This document shows positions 10,946 through 24,190 of a DNA stretch of 64,000 bases, piece by piece. The stretch covers positions 1,364,001 to 1,428,000 of the forward strand of contig OX597814.1 of the NCBI GenBank assembly GCA_951406725.2, read 5' to 3'. Positions within the stretch are counted from its first letter, which is position 1. Every line of letters begins with the position of its first letter. This DNA comes from Octopus vulgaris. Its lineage: Eukaryota. The notes below the pieces were generated by a model. The model was not told the DNA's origin, did not search any database, and saw only the letters and a list, made by a program, of their open reading frames with translations. The translations under genes and the position numbers were made by a program.

Positions 10946-11204
10946 TTGTTTTCATATACATTCGCTGCTTTCTTCCAAGGAATCTAATGCTCTTAGTTTA
11001 GTTTTTCCTTGGGGCTGGCCAGACTGGAGCAATCTCAAGTATAACCAGTTGAAATTGCAAAGATATTCTGATACTCGACTGAGGAAAGAAAACGCCAAAT
11101 GATCTGTCCTTGTTTTCTTTGTATCATCTATCTGGATGTTTTGTTGTCTCTTTTTTGTATCACCTAACTGTCAGGATGTTTTGCGTGTTCTTGTCCCATT
11201 TTTG

Positions 11205-11251
<47 letters not shown>

Positions 11252-11429
11252 CATTATGACCCGTTGTTGCTAGGTCATAGTGCTAGTGCATGTATATATG
11301 TGTATATATATGTGTACATATTACATGTACATCTATATATATACATCTACACATAAAATACAAAATACAAAGTTATATCTTGATATCGCTAGTGATAACA
11401 ATACTCAAAATATATAACAGACTGGAATT

Positions 11430-11958
11430 GTAGGCCCGTCTCTTGCAATTTCGATCAATTGTATCTTGTCCTCCCTCTTGTATAGAAGTGTGGCTACAAT
11501 CCAGCCTACCTCTGCTTATGGGGGACATTTTAAATTTTTATCTGGGATGTAGGACGTCCCAGATATAAAGGTAAAAATAAAATATTTCCACTTTGCAAGG
11601 TTCGAGTCAGGTACTCCCTTGCACGCTCCATTGACTCGAACTTTGCTTCTATTGTGGCGAATTTACCGCCTCTGGTTAGATACTTGATATCTTTCATAGT
11701 CGCACCAAGACACTTTTCAATGGTGCTTTCCTCCAGGTGTTCAAATCTTTTTTTTCTCTACATTGTATACTTTATAGACAATAGTCTTTTCTTTAATTTA
11801 ATTTTTTATTTCGTTTGGTGGTGTTATCCTAGATTCACCGTCTTTGTCGGTGATCAATCCGAAATAGGTTTGTATTTCTTCCATTTTAATTTTAATGAGT
11901 TCGCGCCCCCGATGGCTGCAGCGAAATTCATTTTTGGACTTTCTTCTATCGAAGGCAT
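11430..11958 (-). mobile_element. Decayed ORF1 fragment of a Tx1/L1-type LINE in RPUSD3 intron 5
   Basis: Minus translation …LFLPLYLGRPTSQIKFKNVP…GWIVATLLYKREDKIQLIEIA aligns by eye with the presumed ORF1 at ~41560-41700 (LMIPTYLGRRVTKIKIKDVSP…KWLESAICYDIEEAIHILEIA). Confidence 0.6.
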
Positions 11959-12594
11959 TCTAACAAAAATGCTTCCGTATAAACGGTGAAAATATTGTCA
12001 ATTTCCCCAAACAGGGACACAATTCAATTTTTAAACAATAACCAAAGCTCCTTCTCCCAAAGGGGGAGGGTTACAGTTTACAATTATTTAACAAATGCAA
12101 CACAACAACGTTTCCCTTACGAGGAACCAACAAACGTGATAACAATAGTTAAACAGTAATAATAATAACAATAAACCTTACGGTGAATCAAAAAGCAGTA
12201 CACAGTTGAAGCTATAGTCCTTTATGTATAAGAAATAAACCAACAGCAGTACTCAGTAGAAGCGGCTGTTCGAGAAAACAGACATTACATACAGCCAAAC
12301 TTCATATAGATACTTAATGCTAGCTAATTAGCAGATAATCTAATGTAAAAGCCGTGGTAAAGGGTATGTGCACAGCTCCATCTGGACTATTCCATTTCTG
12401 CACACTAATTTTATTTTTAATTTATTCCCATTCATGTGAAACCACTTATTCAAGTTCAAGTCATTGATGCAATTTTATACCAATTGCTATTTTTACTTTT
12501 GTTATGTTACGATTTAATTATTATATTATACTTTAGTTTGATTTTAATTATTACTTACTACATATAATTCAATTGTTATTATTATCTCTAATTT

Positions 12595-12870
12595 TTATTG
12601 TTAAAGTGAAAGTATCTGACATAAAATAGAGAAATGTTTTTGTTTCACTTTTAACACGTAATACTGAAATAGTGGAGAAGATATGATATTGCTATGGGCT
12701 CACCCTAGGCAAGAAGTTGAACATTTTTTTTGTCCATGAAACTACATGGACCCTAAGTAAGGCATATGTAAAATTTGAATGAAATTGGTTGTGTAGCTCT
12801 CAAGTTTTAGGGAAACATACATACAGACAGACACACATTCTCAGTTTTTTTATATATATATATATATATA
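12595..12870 (+). mobile_element. Helitron/HINE-like non-autonomous element end
   Basis: aaatttgaatgaaattggttg…acatacagacagacacacattctcagtttt(ta)n architecture resembles short rolling-circle repeats; resemblance only. Confidence 0.35.
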
Positions 12871-13101
12871 TGGTTGTTATATTTTTTGATAATATAATAG
12901 GTTAGATAGGATGATGTCTATATTACAATATGTTTATAAGCCATTTCAAAAACACACAAAATTTTGACACAAATTAAATCTAAATGTTGAAGTGGATCTA
13001 ACGGATTTTGTGTGTTTTTAAATGGCTTCCACGCTGCAGTTGTTTTTGTTTCAGAACACGATCTCAGATTAGGTTACTTGCTATTATGCAAGTACATCTC
13101 C

Positions 13102-13161
<60 letters not shown>

Positions 13162-14776
13162 CGTGTGGCCTCCTGGCTTGCCAGTCCCCAGTCAAACCAT
13201 CCGACCCATGCCAGCATGGAAAATGGACGTTAAGCGACGATGGTGATGATGATGATGATGATATATATATACATACATACATACATATATATATATATAT
13301 CTGGTTATAGTTTTTTATGATAACATAATAGGGTAGATAGGATGATGTCTATATTACAATAACCAATAGTATGTTGTGAATGTATAGTAATATTATGATC
13401 ATGAAATTAGTATTAGCTTGTTTCACTATTTCTCGCAGAACCCTAGGGTTCCAGGGAACCCCGGTTGAAAAATGCTGATATAAGGACTCATTTGTAAATG
13501 TAATCCTAAGTACATTTATGTTGGATGCTCATGGCTGCAGTATCTTTGATGGTAAGTGTGGTTAATGTGGTCTGACCTTGGGCTAAAGAACAACAATCCT
13601 CTTTTGTGGTTAAGAAGATTGCTTCCCAAAAATGTGGTTTCAGGTTCAGTCCTGCAGTGTGGCACCTTGGGCAAGTGTCTTTTGTTGTGGCTGTAGTAAA
13701 GCCTTGTCAGTGGATTTGGGAGATGGAAACTGAAAGAAGCCCATCGTGTGTGTGTGTCTATTCTTGTCTTGATATTGTGTGATGGTTGTAAATGAGCATC
13801 ACCATTGTACAAGTATTCTTCCTGAGAAATCATGTCCTTGCCATGGAGAAATATTACAATAGTTGGAAACCAGTGAGGGTTAGTGACAGGAAGGGCATCC
13901 GGCCATAGAAAATCCACCTCTGAATTCCGTCTGACCCATACAAGCATGGAAAGGTAGAAGTTAAAATGATGATGATGATGATGATGATGGTAGTGGTGGT
14001 GGTGGTGGTGGTGATGATACTGATGGTGTCTCGATATTTCAGGAATATTTGGCCACCAGCACGGAAGCCAGTCAAGCCAGCGCTGCCTAGACTGGCTTAC
14101 GTGCCGGTGGCACGTAAAAGGCACCATCCGAATCGTGGCCGATGCCAGCGCCGCCTTGACTGGCTTCCGTGCCGATGGCACGTAAAAAGCACCATCCAAA
14201 TCGTGGCCGATGCCAGCAGCCTTGACTGGCTTCCGTGCCGGTGGCATGTAAAATGCACCATCTGAATCGTGGCCGATGCCAGCGCTGCCTTGACTGCCTT
14301 CCGTGCCAGTGGCACGTAAAATGCACCAATCCGATCATGGCCGTTGCCAGCCTCGCCTGGCACCTGTGCCAGTGGCACGTAAAAAGCACCCACTATACTC
14401 ACGGAGTGGTTGGCGTTAAGAAGGGCATCCAGCTGTAGAAACACTGCCAGATCAGACTGGAGCCTGGTGCAGCCTTCTGGCTTCCCAGGTCCCCGGTAGA
14501 ACCTATTTCTTTACTACCCACAAGGAGCTAAACACAGAGGGTACAAACAAGGACAGACAAACGGATTAAGTCGATTACATCGACCCCAGTGCGTAACTGG
14601 TACTTATTTAATCGACCCCAAGTCGACCTCGGCGGAATTTGAACTCAGAACGTAACGGCAGACGAAATACGGCTACGCATTTCACCTGGCCTGCTAATGT
14701 TTCTGCAGTATTAGTAGTAGTAGTGGTAGTGGTGGTAGTAGTAGTAGTGGTAGTGGTGGTAGTAGTAGTAGTAGTT

Positions 14777-14811
<35 letters not shown>

Positions 14812-14918
14812 TGTGGTGGTGGCACGTAGAACCGTCCAACCCATGCCAGCATGGAGAACAGACGTTAAACGATGATGATGATGATGGTTTGGCATTGATG
14901 TTGTTTCTTTATTTCCAG

Positions 14919-15051
14919 TCCCTGCCAACTGAGACCGTTTCCAAAAATCTGAGAAAAAGTGGGAAGATCCAGCTAATGGAAGTTCAAACTACAATACTGA
15001 AGAAGAATGAGGTGTTAAACTGTGCCTTAGTGAGACTCGATACTGTGAAAG
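14919..15051 (+). CDS. RPUSD3: RPUSD3-like exon 6 (SLPTETVSKNLRKSGKIQLMEVQTTILKKNEVLNCALVRLDTVK)
   Basis: Acceptor tttctttatttccag, donor gtaaga, phases 0/1. Confidence 0.88.
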
Positions 15052-15339
15052 GTAAGACTGTAGGGGGTCTGCAGGAACCGGTCGGGGGGGGGGGGGAAGC
15101 ATTGTTTTATATTTTGGAGAGATTCTTTCTCGGGTGAGGGTCACCACATTGCGCTTTATTCTTTTCTAATTTTTCATTACTGCTTCTATTGTTTGTACTT
15201 TGAATGTTGCTAGTAGTAGTAGTAGTAGTAGTGGTTGTGGTGGTGGTGGTGGTAGTAGTGGTAGTAGTGGTAGTGGTAGTAGTAGTAGTGTAGTGGTGGT
15301 AGTAGTAGTAGTAGTAGTGGTTGTGGTGGTGGCACGTAG

Positions 15340-15530
15340 CTTTGTGCACTTGATTCTCAACAACAGGCTTTCTTTGGACCTTCAGCTTTCCTAGGGCTGT
15401 AGCATTTCTTAATCTGTCTTCCCAGTTTATTCTTCCCAATCTTAAGAAAGACCAACATCTCAATGGCATCTCCCTTTTTTTCCATTGTCCGAGTATCCGC
15501 TGCGTGGAGGACAACTGCCATAATATCACA
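15340..15530 (-). mobile_element. RTE LINE coding fragment
   Basis: Frameshifted peptides …DAIEM/WSFLRLGRINWEDRLRNATALGKLKVQR; related + strand fragment at ~18630-18842. Confidence 0.55.
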
Positions 15531-15536
15531 GCTTAA

Positions 15537-15757
15537 CCCTTTCGTTACCATATTTTTGTTGAGATGCTCTGTGTTTCTTTCAATTAATTTTAAATATAAC
15601 AAAGAATTTAGTAAAATAACTTTGTTATCATTAAGTTAGTGTCAGGAACATAAATTGTGACAAAGGTTTCGTGGAAGATTTTAATTCAAAACTTATGAAG
15701 ACAAGACATTTGTGTACAGAGCCAGAGACAGTTTCAGCTGGGTTGGTATTGAAAGGG
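15537..15757. mobile_element. piggyBac-like MITE
   Basis: TTAA|CCCTTTCGTTACC … GGTATTGAAAGGG|TTAA: TTAA TSD, CCC/GGG termini, 13-bp TIRs with 2 mismatches. Confidence 0.75.
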
Positions 15758-17084
15758 TTAATAGCCTCAGTTTTGGGTCCAGCAACATGTAGCCTTATCC
15801 AGGTACAGAACAACTCTCTAGAAACAACATCACATAATGTCCTCAGAATGGTCCAGAGAAGGATTTATTTCTGTTATCTTGTAATTGTAAACAACGGATA
15901 CAATCATTTGCTTTGCAGGCTGCTGTGAAAACATGTCTGGGCTTAATACAGTTCTAGATTTTAGAGATGAGGAATTCATCATCATTATCATCGTTTGACT
16001 GGGGTCTGGGAAGCCAGGAGGCTGCACCAGTGTTTCTACAGCTGGATGCCCTTCCTAACACCAACCACTCTGTGAATGTAGTTGGTGCTTTTTACATTCC
16101 ACCAGCACAGGAGCCAGGGGAGGAGGCTGGCAACAGCTACGATCGGTTGGTGCTTTTTATGTGCCACCGGCACGGAAGCCAGTCAAGGTGGTGCTGGCAT
16201 TGACCACGTTCGGATGGTACTTTTTACGTGCCGCTGGCACAGGTATCACAACTACAATTTCCATTTGATTTTTATTTGATATTAATGTACTTGACTCAAT
16301 GGGTCTCCTCAATCACAGCAGGTCGCCCTACGATCCAAGGTAAGCTCAGCAGGCCTTCCTATGATCAAAGGTACTTTGGATGGGTTGGGGCTGCTACATG
16401 AATCTGGTGCAAGAAACAGCCATGAACTCACATTATTTGTCGGGTCTTCGCAGTCACAGCATATCTCCAGAGATCTCGGTCTTTCGTCACTATGTACATC
16501 ATTTACATTTGACGGATATTTGTCCTCATCTTTTTTGTTGTTAACACAATGTTTCGGCTAATATATGCTCCAGCTGGAGGCTGGAGGGTCATCCAAAACG
16601 TGTTAACAGCAAACAAGATGAGGACAAATATCCGTTAAATGTAAATAATATCCAGGCTTCATCAAATGTCTTGGCATCATCATTTAACATGTTCTCCATG
16701 CTGGCATGGGTGGAACGGTTTGAGTGGAGCTGGCAAGTCAGAGAGCTACACCAGGCTCCAGTTGTCTGTTTTGGCTAGCTTTCTACAGCTGGGTTCCCTT
16801 CCGGGTGCCAGCCCTTTTACAAAGTGGACTGCATGCTTTTTACATGGTACGAGCACCATCTTTATTAACCGAAAGACTCTGAGATATGATGCTTTTGTTT
16901 CCAGTTCTCCGCATTACAAAGTCTGGGCTGTTCATTGCTTGACAAACCAGTGAAGAATTATTACCTTGGTTGGAAGCAGGTGAGGGTTGACAGCAGGAAG
17001 GATTGCGTCCTTAGAGAATCCAACTCAGTGACTTCTTTTTGACTCATGCAAGCATGGGAAAGTAGATTTTAAAACAATGATGTC

Positions 17085-17625
17085 TACAGCAATGATGATG
17101 ATGACGGTGGTGTTGGTGGTATGGTGATGATGATGATGGTGGTGGTGATATGATGATGATGATGATGACGATGATGGTGGTGGTGGTGGTGGTGGTGTTG
17201 ATGATGATAACGATGATGATGATGATGATGATGACGATGGTGGTGGTGGTGGTGGTGGTGATGATGATGATAACAATGATGATGATGATGATGATGACGA
17301 CGATGGTGATGATGATGGTGGTGGTGGTGGTGGTGGTGATGATAACGATGATGATGATGATGATGACGACGATGGTGATGATGATGGTGGTGGTGGTGGT
17401 GATGATGATAACGATGATGATGATGATGACGACGATGGCGATGACGATGGTGGTGGTGGTGGTGATGATGACAATGATGATAATGACAATAATGATGATA
17501 ACGATGACGACGATGGTGATGGTAGTGGTGGTGGTGGTGGTGATATGATGATGATGACGAGACGATGATGGTTGTGGTGGTGGTAATAATGACGACGATG
17601 ACAACGATGATGGTGGTGGTGGTCT
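17085..17625. repeat. Compound (GAT)n/(GGT)n trinucleotide array just upstream of exon 7
   Basis: Read directly; it produces the poly-H/S/P/M ORFs in the track. Confidence 0.95.
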
Positions 17626-17697
17626 TTTTGCATGTCTTTGAAATGTTAGTTTTGTTTCGTTGCTGTAATTCTTGTTGTGGTTGTTGTTTTGTTGTAG

Positions 17698-17837
17698 ATA
17701 AATGGCAGTGCTTAGAGGTATACTGCACCACACAGCTGTGCCATGTGCTGGGAGACTACCTCTACTCCGGACGAGTAGGAAAAGTATTTGGTGTTCCAAT
17801 ACTCATGGAACCTCATTTAGCAAACGTTGGCAAACAG
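17698..17837 (+). CDS. RPUSD3: RPUSD3-like exon 7 (DKWQCLEVYCTTQLCHVLGDYLYSGRVGKVFGVPILMEPHLANVGKQ)
   Basis: Acceptor ttttgttgtag, donor gtaagg, phases 1/0; VLGDxxY is RluA motif III, and the following SGRVGKVFG resembles my recollection of vertebrate RPUSD3. Confidence 0.92.
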
Positions 17838-18864
17838 GTAAGGGTCATTTCCTTTCTTACTCGTTTTATTATTTTTTTGGGTGGCGAGCTGGCAGAAACG
17901 TCAGCACGCCGGGCGAAATGCTTAGCAGTATTTCGTCTGCCGTTACGTTCTGAGTTCAAATTCTGCCAGGGTCGACTTTGCCTTTCATCCTTTCGGGGTC
18001 GATAAATTAAGTACCAGTTATGCACTGGGGTCGATGGAATCGACTTAATCCGTTTGTCTGTCCTTGTTTGTCCCCTCTGTGTTTAGCACCTTGTGGGTAG
18101 TAAAGAAATAGGTATTTCATCTGTCTTTACGTTCTGAGTTCAAATTCTGCCGAGGTCGACTTTGCCTTTCATCCTTTCAGAGTTGATTAAATAAGTACCA
18201 GTTACGCACTGGGGTCGATGTAATCGACTTAATCCCTTTGTTTGTCCCCTCTATGTTTAGTCCCCTGTGGGCAATAAAGAAATAATAGTTTTTTTGTGCC
18301 GTAGAACTCCTAAGGCCTGTTACCCAGTTTCTATGACAATTACTTGACTGAGATTGCAACATTCCCCTGGATGGGATGCCAGTCCATTTGCAGAGATCAA
18401 AGCTAGCAATTTTGAGGGGAAGGAGGAAGTTGATTACATCCATCCCAGCACTTGACTGGCCCTTGATTTCATTAACTAAGGAGTTGAAAGGTAAAGTTGG
18501 CCTTGGCAGTATTCGAATTCAGAACTTAAGTGGTCGGAAGGAATGTTATTAAACTTTTTTTATCTGATATGTTAATGATGCTGCTAGCTCACCGCCTTAA
18601 GGATCCTTCGGGCAGCAAGCTGGCATTGGCTAAAGCTGAGGCATATTGTGCCAGTTGTCCTCTACAGGGCAGAAAGTTGGATGATGTGCAGAACAATATG
18701 AAAGAAGGGCAATGTGTTTGGAACGTGGATCTTTTGTAGATTGGGCCGAAAAAGCCTGGAAGACAGGGTAACGAATGCTGTAGTTTGAGTAAAGCTGAGA
18801 ATACAAAGATAACCTGTTTTTTGAGAATCAAGTCTACAAAGTTAGATAGCCCCTGCTGCTGCTG

Positions 18865-18897
<33 letters not shown>

Positions 18898-18898
18898 T

Positions 18899-18939
<41 letters not shown>

Positions 18940-19403
18940 ATACTACTACTAATACTACTACTACTACCACCACCACCACCACCATTTGGTCTTCTTTTAT
19001 TACAACTTCTTTATGATTTAAAGTGTGTGATCTTGTGGTTGACGTGTTGGTCTCATGATTTCAATTGTAAAGGTCGGGTGTTCTATTCCTGGATTGGGTG
19101 CTGCATTGTGTCCTTAAGTAAGGAACATCATTTCACATTGTTGTACTCTACTTGGATAAAAATGAGTACCAGCTGAGTGACAGTGCTGCCCTGACTCTCT
19201 CTTCCTCTCTCTCTTTCTTTCTCTCTCTCCATCCGTGATGTTCCTCAGGGCCAAGGGCAAGAGAGTCAAGAGGGTATTTATGTTATGCTTCCCAGCCACA
19301 TGGTTCTGGGTTCAGTCCCACCGTGTGGCACGTTGGGCAAGTGCCTTGGGCCGACCAAAGCCTTGTGAATAGATTTGGTAGATGGAAAATGAAAGAATCC
19401 CAT

Positions 19404-19452
<49 letters not shown>

Positions 19453-20289
19453 ATGTGTGTTTGTCTCCCATCACCACATGGCAACTGGTGTTGGTGTGTT
19501 TACGTCCCTGTAACTTAGTGGTTCAAAAAATGAAACCAATAAAATAAGCATCGGGTTTCAAAAGTAATAATTACTGGGGGGGGTCGATTTGTTCAACTAA
19601 AATTCTTCGAGGAGGTGCCCCAGCATGGCCACAGTCTAATGACTGAAACCTGTAATAGAAGGCAGTGAGCTGGCAGAAATGTTAGCATGCTGGGTGAAAT
19701 GCCTAGCAGTATTTCGTATTTCTTTACGTTCTGAGTTCAAATTCTGCCGAGGTCGACTTTGCCTTTCATCCTTTCGGGGTCGATAAATTAAGTAGCAGTT
19801 AGTTGTGTACTGGGGTCGATGTAATCGACTTAATCCTTTTGTCTGTCCTTGTTTGTCCCCTTTGTGTTTAGCCCCTTGTGGGTAGTAAAGAAATATGAAA
19901 CATGTAAAAGACAAAAGGTACAATCAACAATTAGTGGTGTTAGAAGGAAGTTTAGCTGGTATTTCTAGCATATCGAATGGCTGCTTAGATATTTCATTGG
20001 TGGCTCCTTAAGATTGTTGCTATTTATAGAAGGTAGAGGACTGTGGTGGGTGACATTGATAATAGAAGGGTGGACTAAAATACCACCTGCACCACCACCA
20101 CCACAACCACCACCACAACCACCACCATCATCATCATCACCATTGCTGTTGTTGTCAGTCTCTTTATCATTGTCATCATCATCATTGTTTTATGTCCATT
20201 TTTCCATGCTTGCAAGGCTTGGATGGTCATCTTCAGTACAAACTGAACATTGAGGAGAGAGAGAGAGAGAGGTAGATAGATAGATAGAT

Positions 20290-20399
<110 letters not shown>

Positions 20400-20966
20400 C
20401 CGTTGCAGTGTAAAAGATAAAAGATCTAAATAGTTTCCTCTGTTTTACTCAGCACTTCCTGACCCCTTCCCTTTGATCCTTGCTTGACTTGGAGGCTGAA
20501 CAGCATCAGCATCATCATCATATTCATTTGATTATCATTACTGCCACCACCACCACCACTACTATTTTCACCAACACCACCATCATCATCATCAACATCA
20601 TCATCTTAATGGTGATTATCATCACCACTTTAATGGCTATTATCATTGCATCATCATCAACACAGCCAGCACCAGTACCACCATCACCACTACCAACACT
20701 ACCAATCACCACCAACGCTACTGTATCACCACCACCACTACCACAGCCAACACTACTCTTATCACCACTACTACGATAGTCACCACCACCACCACCAAAG
20801 CCATTATCACCACAACCATGACCACCATCACAGTCACCACCACCACAGTTGCACCACCACCACCACTACTCTAACAGCTGCACCATCACTATCACCACCA
20901 CCGCCACTACAACCACCACCATGTATATGATAAAAGAATTTTAAATACATTTGTCTTTATTTTCAG

Positions 20967-21188
20967 AAACTTCCTGAAGAACTGAAGGCAGCCCTGAAAT
21001 TGAACCAAGCCAAACCTGGTCAAATGCCTCTCTATTTGCATCGTGCAAAAGTTGATCTTACCCAAATGAAACCTTCAAAACCTCTCCTGTCCATTGTGGC
21101 ACCATTTCCAGATCATTTCTTAGAGACTTTACAAAAACTTCAACTAGAATATTCCTTTGATGACATTTTTGATACAAAAACTAAATAA
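20967..21188 (+). CDS. RPUSD3: RPUSD3-like exon 8, terminal (KLPEELKAALKLNQAKPGQMPLYLHRAK…VAPFPDHFLETLQKLQL…*)
   Basis: Acceptor tctttattttcag, phase 0; PLxLH (motif IIIa) and APxPxxF C-terminal motifs. The eight exons sum to 1227 nt, i.e. 408 aa plus stop. Confidence 0.92.
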   Translation, partial: KLPEELKAALKLNQAKPGQMPLYLHRAKVDLTQMKPSKPLLSIVAPFPDHFLETLQKLQLEYSFDDIFDTKTK

Positions 21189-22007
21189 ATTATTTACAAA
21201 AATTTGCAGAAAATATCTGGTGTTGTTTGGATTCAAGACTGAGGAATTTGGCAGTCCATTTTGAGATATGCTGTGCTTGTGAAGACCCATTCCTTCATTT
21301 CTGCTTAGGTCAAATCTTTATCCTAATCCTAATTCTAAACCAAACCCCAAATCCTAACTCGAACCTTAATTTTCGTTTTTGTAGATTCATCATCATCATC
21401 ATCACTTAACGTCCGTTTTCCATGCTAGCATGGGTTGGACGGTTCGACCGGGGTCTGGGAAGCCAGAAGGCTGCACTTGATCTGGCAGTGTTTCTACAGC
21501 TGGATGCCCTTCCTAACGCTAGCCACTCCGTGAGTGTAGTGGGTGCTTTTCATGTGCCACCGGCACAGGTGCCAGGCGAGGCTGGCAACGGCCACAATCG
21601 GTTGGTGCTTTTTACATGCCACCAGCATGGAAGCCAGACAAGGCGGCGCTGGCATCGGCCACGTTCGGATGGTGCTTTTTACGTGCCACCGGCACAGGAA
21701 ACACAACTACAATTTCCATTGATTTTTGATGTTGATTTCTTTTAAGTATAATTTTATAAAAAAATTATGAGTTAAAAAAAATAATGGCTGGGAAAAAAAC
21801 TAAAACAAAAGACAAACCCGAGGCTACAAAACGGAAGATAGTAATTTTGAAAAAAAATCTTCGTTTAACTATCGTAACCTCTGCATGTGTGTGTGTGTGT
21901 ATGCGTGTACGCACGCGCATTCATTTTACAGATTTTAAATCTGTAAAATATAATTATTATTTTGTACCACCTTGATTTTCATCCTAGAATTTGCATATAT
22001 ATCTATA

Positions 22008-23180
22008 TTAGGTTGTCAAGAAAGTTCTTGCGGTTTTTAACCTTTAAATTCAGATGCACATATCTTGTCTCAAACAAAAATTTATTAATCGAGATAAACA
22101 CCTTCATAATCAAAACACTTTTGCCAACGCAAAACAAGTTTATACCAGTTGCGTAAAAATCCTGCGTTCTGGTGGCGATGAAGTCGTTGAAGGAGTGTTT
22201 GGCATCGTCTTGGTTTTTGAAGCATTTCTCACGCAGGAAGCTGTCAAGGTGCTTGAAAAAGTGGTAGTCGGGAGGCGAGAGGTCTGGTGAGTATGAGAGA
22301 TGAGGCAGTTTCGTAGCCCAATTTGTTCAACTTCTGCAGGGTCAGTTGTGCGACTTCGGCCGAGTGTTGTGTCGTGGAGAAGAATTGGTCCTTTTCTATT
22401 GACCAATCCTGGCTGTTGTCGGAGTTTCTTTTGCGTTTCATCCATTTGCTGACAGTACTTCTTCGCTGTAATGGTTTCACCTGGATCCCAAAAGCTGTGA
22501 TGGATGAGACCGGCCGTAGACCACCAAACAGTCACCATGACCTTCTTCTGGTGCAACTTTGGCTTCGGGAAGTGCCGTGGAGCTTCGTCGGCGTCCAACC
22601 ATTGAGCTGAACGTCGCCGGTTGTAAAGAATCCACTTTTCATCGTAAGTCACAATCCGGTCGAGAAACGAGTCGTCCTTGTTGCGTAAAAGAACGGAAGA
22701 CGACACTTCAAAACGGCAGTCTTTTTGGTTGGCGTTCAATTCGTGCGGCACCCATTTCTCAAGTATTTTTGTTTTTCCAATCTCTTTCAAGGGGTTGGAA
22801 ATTGTCGTATACGTTACGTCTAATTCAGAAGCAAGCTCTCGAACGGTTGTGCGTGGATTGGCTGCGACTAAGGTACTTATCTGATCGTCAACATCCGATG
22901 GCCGACCACTACGCTTATCATCTTCAAGACTCTCGTCACCGCTACGAAATTTCTTGAACCACCATTGTGCTGTACGTTCATTAGTGGTTCCTGGGCCAAA
23001 TGCATCGTTGATATCGCGAGCTGCTTCAGTAGCTTTTCGGCCTAGCTTGAACTGGAATAAGAAAATTTGCTTTTTGTCCATGTTGTATTCAACGTTCTGG
23101 AAAAAAGGCTAATTATTCAAAAAGAAAAAAAGTAACACGATTAGACAGAGCGAAAAATGGGCCTTAAAATGATATATAAA
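22008..23180 (-). mobile_element. Mariner (Hsmar1/cecropia-like) transposon with frameshifted transposase at ~22085-23081
   Basis: HTH N-terminus, [27 protein letters not shown] motifs; 3' TIR TA|ttaggttgtcaagaaagttcttgcggtttt at 22008; the 5' TIR is lost at a SINE insertion. Confidence 0.9.
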
Positions 23181-23650
23181 GCCATTCTTTGTAAGCCTAG
23201 TACTTATTCTATTGGTTTGTTTTGCCGAACCGCTAAGTGACGGGGATGTGAACACACCAGCATCGGTTGTCAAGCGGGGGTGGGTGGGCAAACACAGGTA
23301 CACAAACACACACACATACATATATACGATGGGCTTCTTTCAGTTTCCGTCTACCAAATCCACTCGCAAGGCTTTGGTCGGCCCGAGGCTATAGTAGAAG
23401 ACACTTGCCCAAGGTGCCACGCAGTGGGACTGAATCCGGAACCATGTGGTTCATAAGCAAGCTACATACCACACAGCCACTCCTAAATATTATTCTGTAT
23501 TCTTCGGTGTTCTTCTTCATTTGGTGTCTCCGATGCGAGAACCCAACATCTTCCCTCCAACAGTAGTTACATCTAAACGCAACAACTGCATAACTTACAT
23601 CAACCCGCTACGCATATGTATATGAGTATACATTATATATATGTGTGTGC

Positions 23651-23715
<65 letters not shown>

Positions 23716-23736
23716 TATATACATATATATATATAC

Positions 23737-23804
<68 letters not shown>

Positions 23805-23806
<2 letters not shown>

Positions 23807-24123
23807 GAGACCCCCTTCAGTCACGATACTGACCATGGGATTGCACCTAGAAAGTTTCCCTCCCAGGCACAAGTCCGGGCAAGGTTGTTTGTGGAAGGCC
23901 AGCAGTCACCCATGCATAGCAGCCTCCCCTCTCCACACCACTGATGTTATCCAAGGGAAAAGCAAAGGGGCCGATACAGCTTGGCACCAGTGATATAACT
24001 TATTTCTACAGCTGAGTGAACTGTCTTACTAAAAGAACACAACGCGCAGCCCGGTCCGGGATTCGAGCTCACAACCTCACGATCGTAAGCTCGATGTTCT
24101 AACCACTGAGCCATGCGCCTTCA
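23805..24123 (-). mobile_element. tRNA-headed SINE with a distinct tail
   Basis: Minus head gaaggcgcatggctcagtggttaga…gagctcgaatccc with A/B boxes. Confidence 0.65.
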
Positions 24124-24147
24124 CACACACACATACACACACACACA

Positions 24148-24190
<43 letters not shown>

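Noticed and set aside
13516-14444. Overlapping repeat-rich ORFs (GAFYVPPAR / VLFTCHRHG)
   Set aside because: They come from the ~60-bp minisatellite in RTE 3' UTR copies.
22140-23081. 313-aa mariner ORF as a possible domesticated SETMAR-like gene
   Set aside because: It is frameshifted before the third catalytic Asp, the TIR is still present, and no SET domain or splice link was seen.
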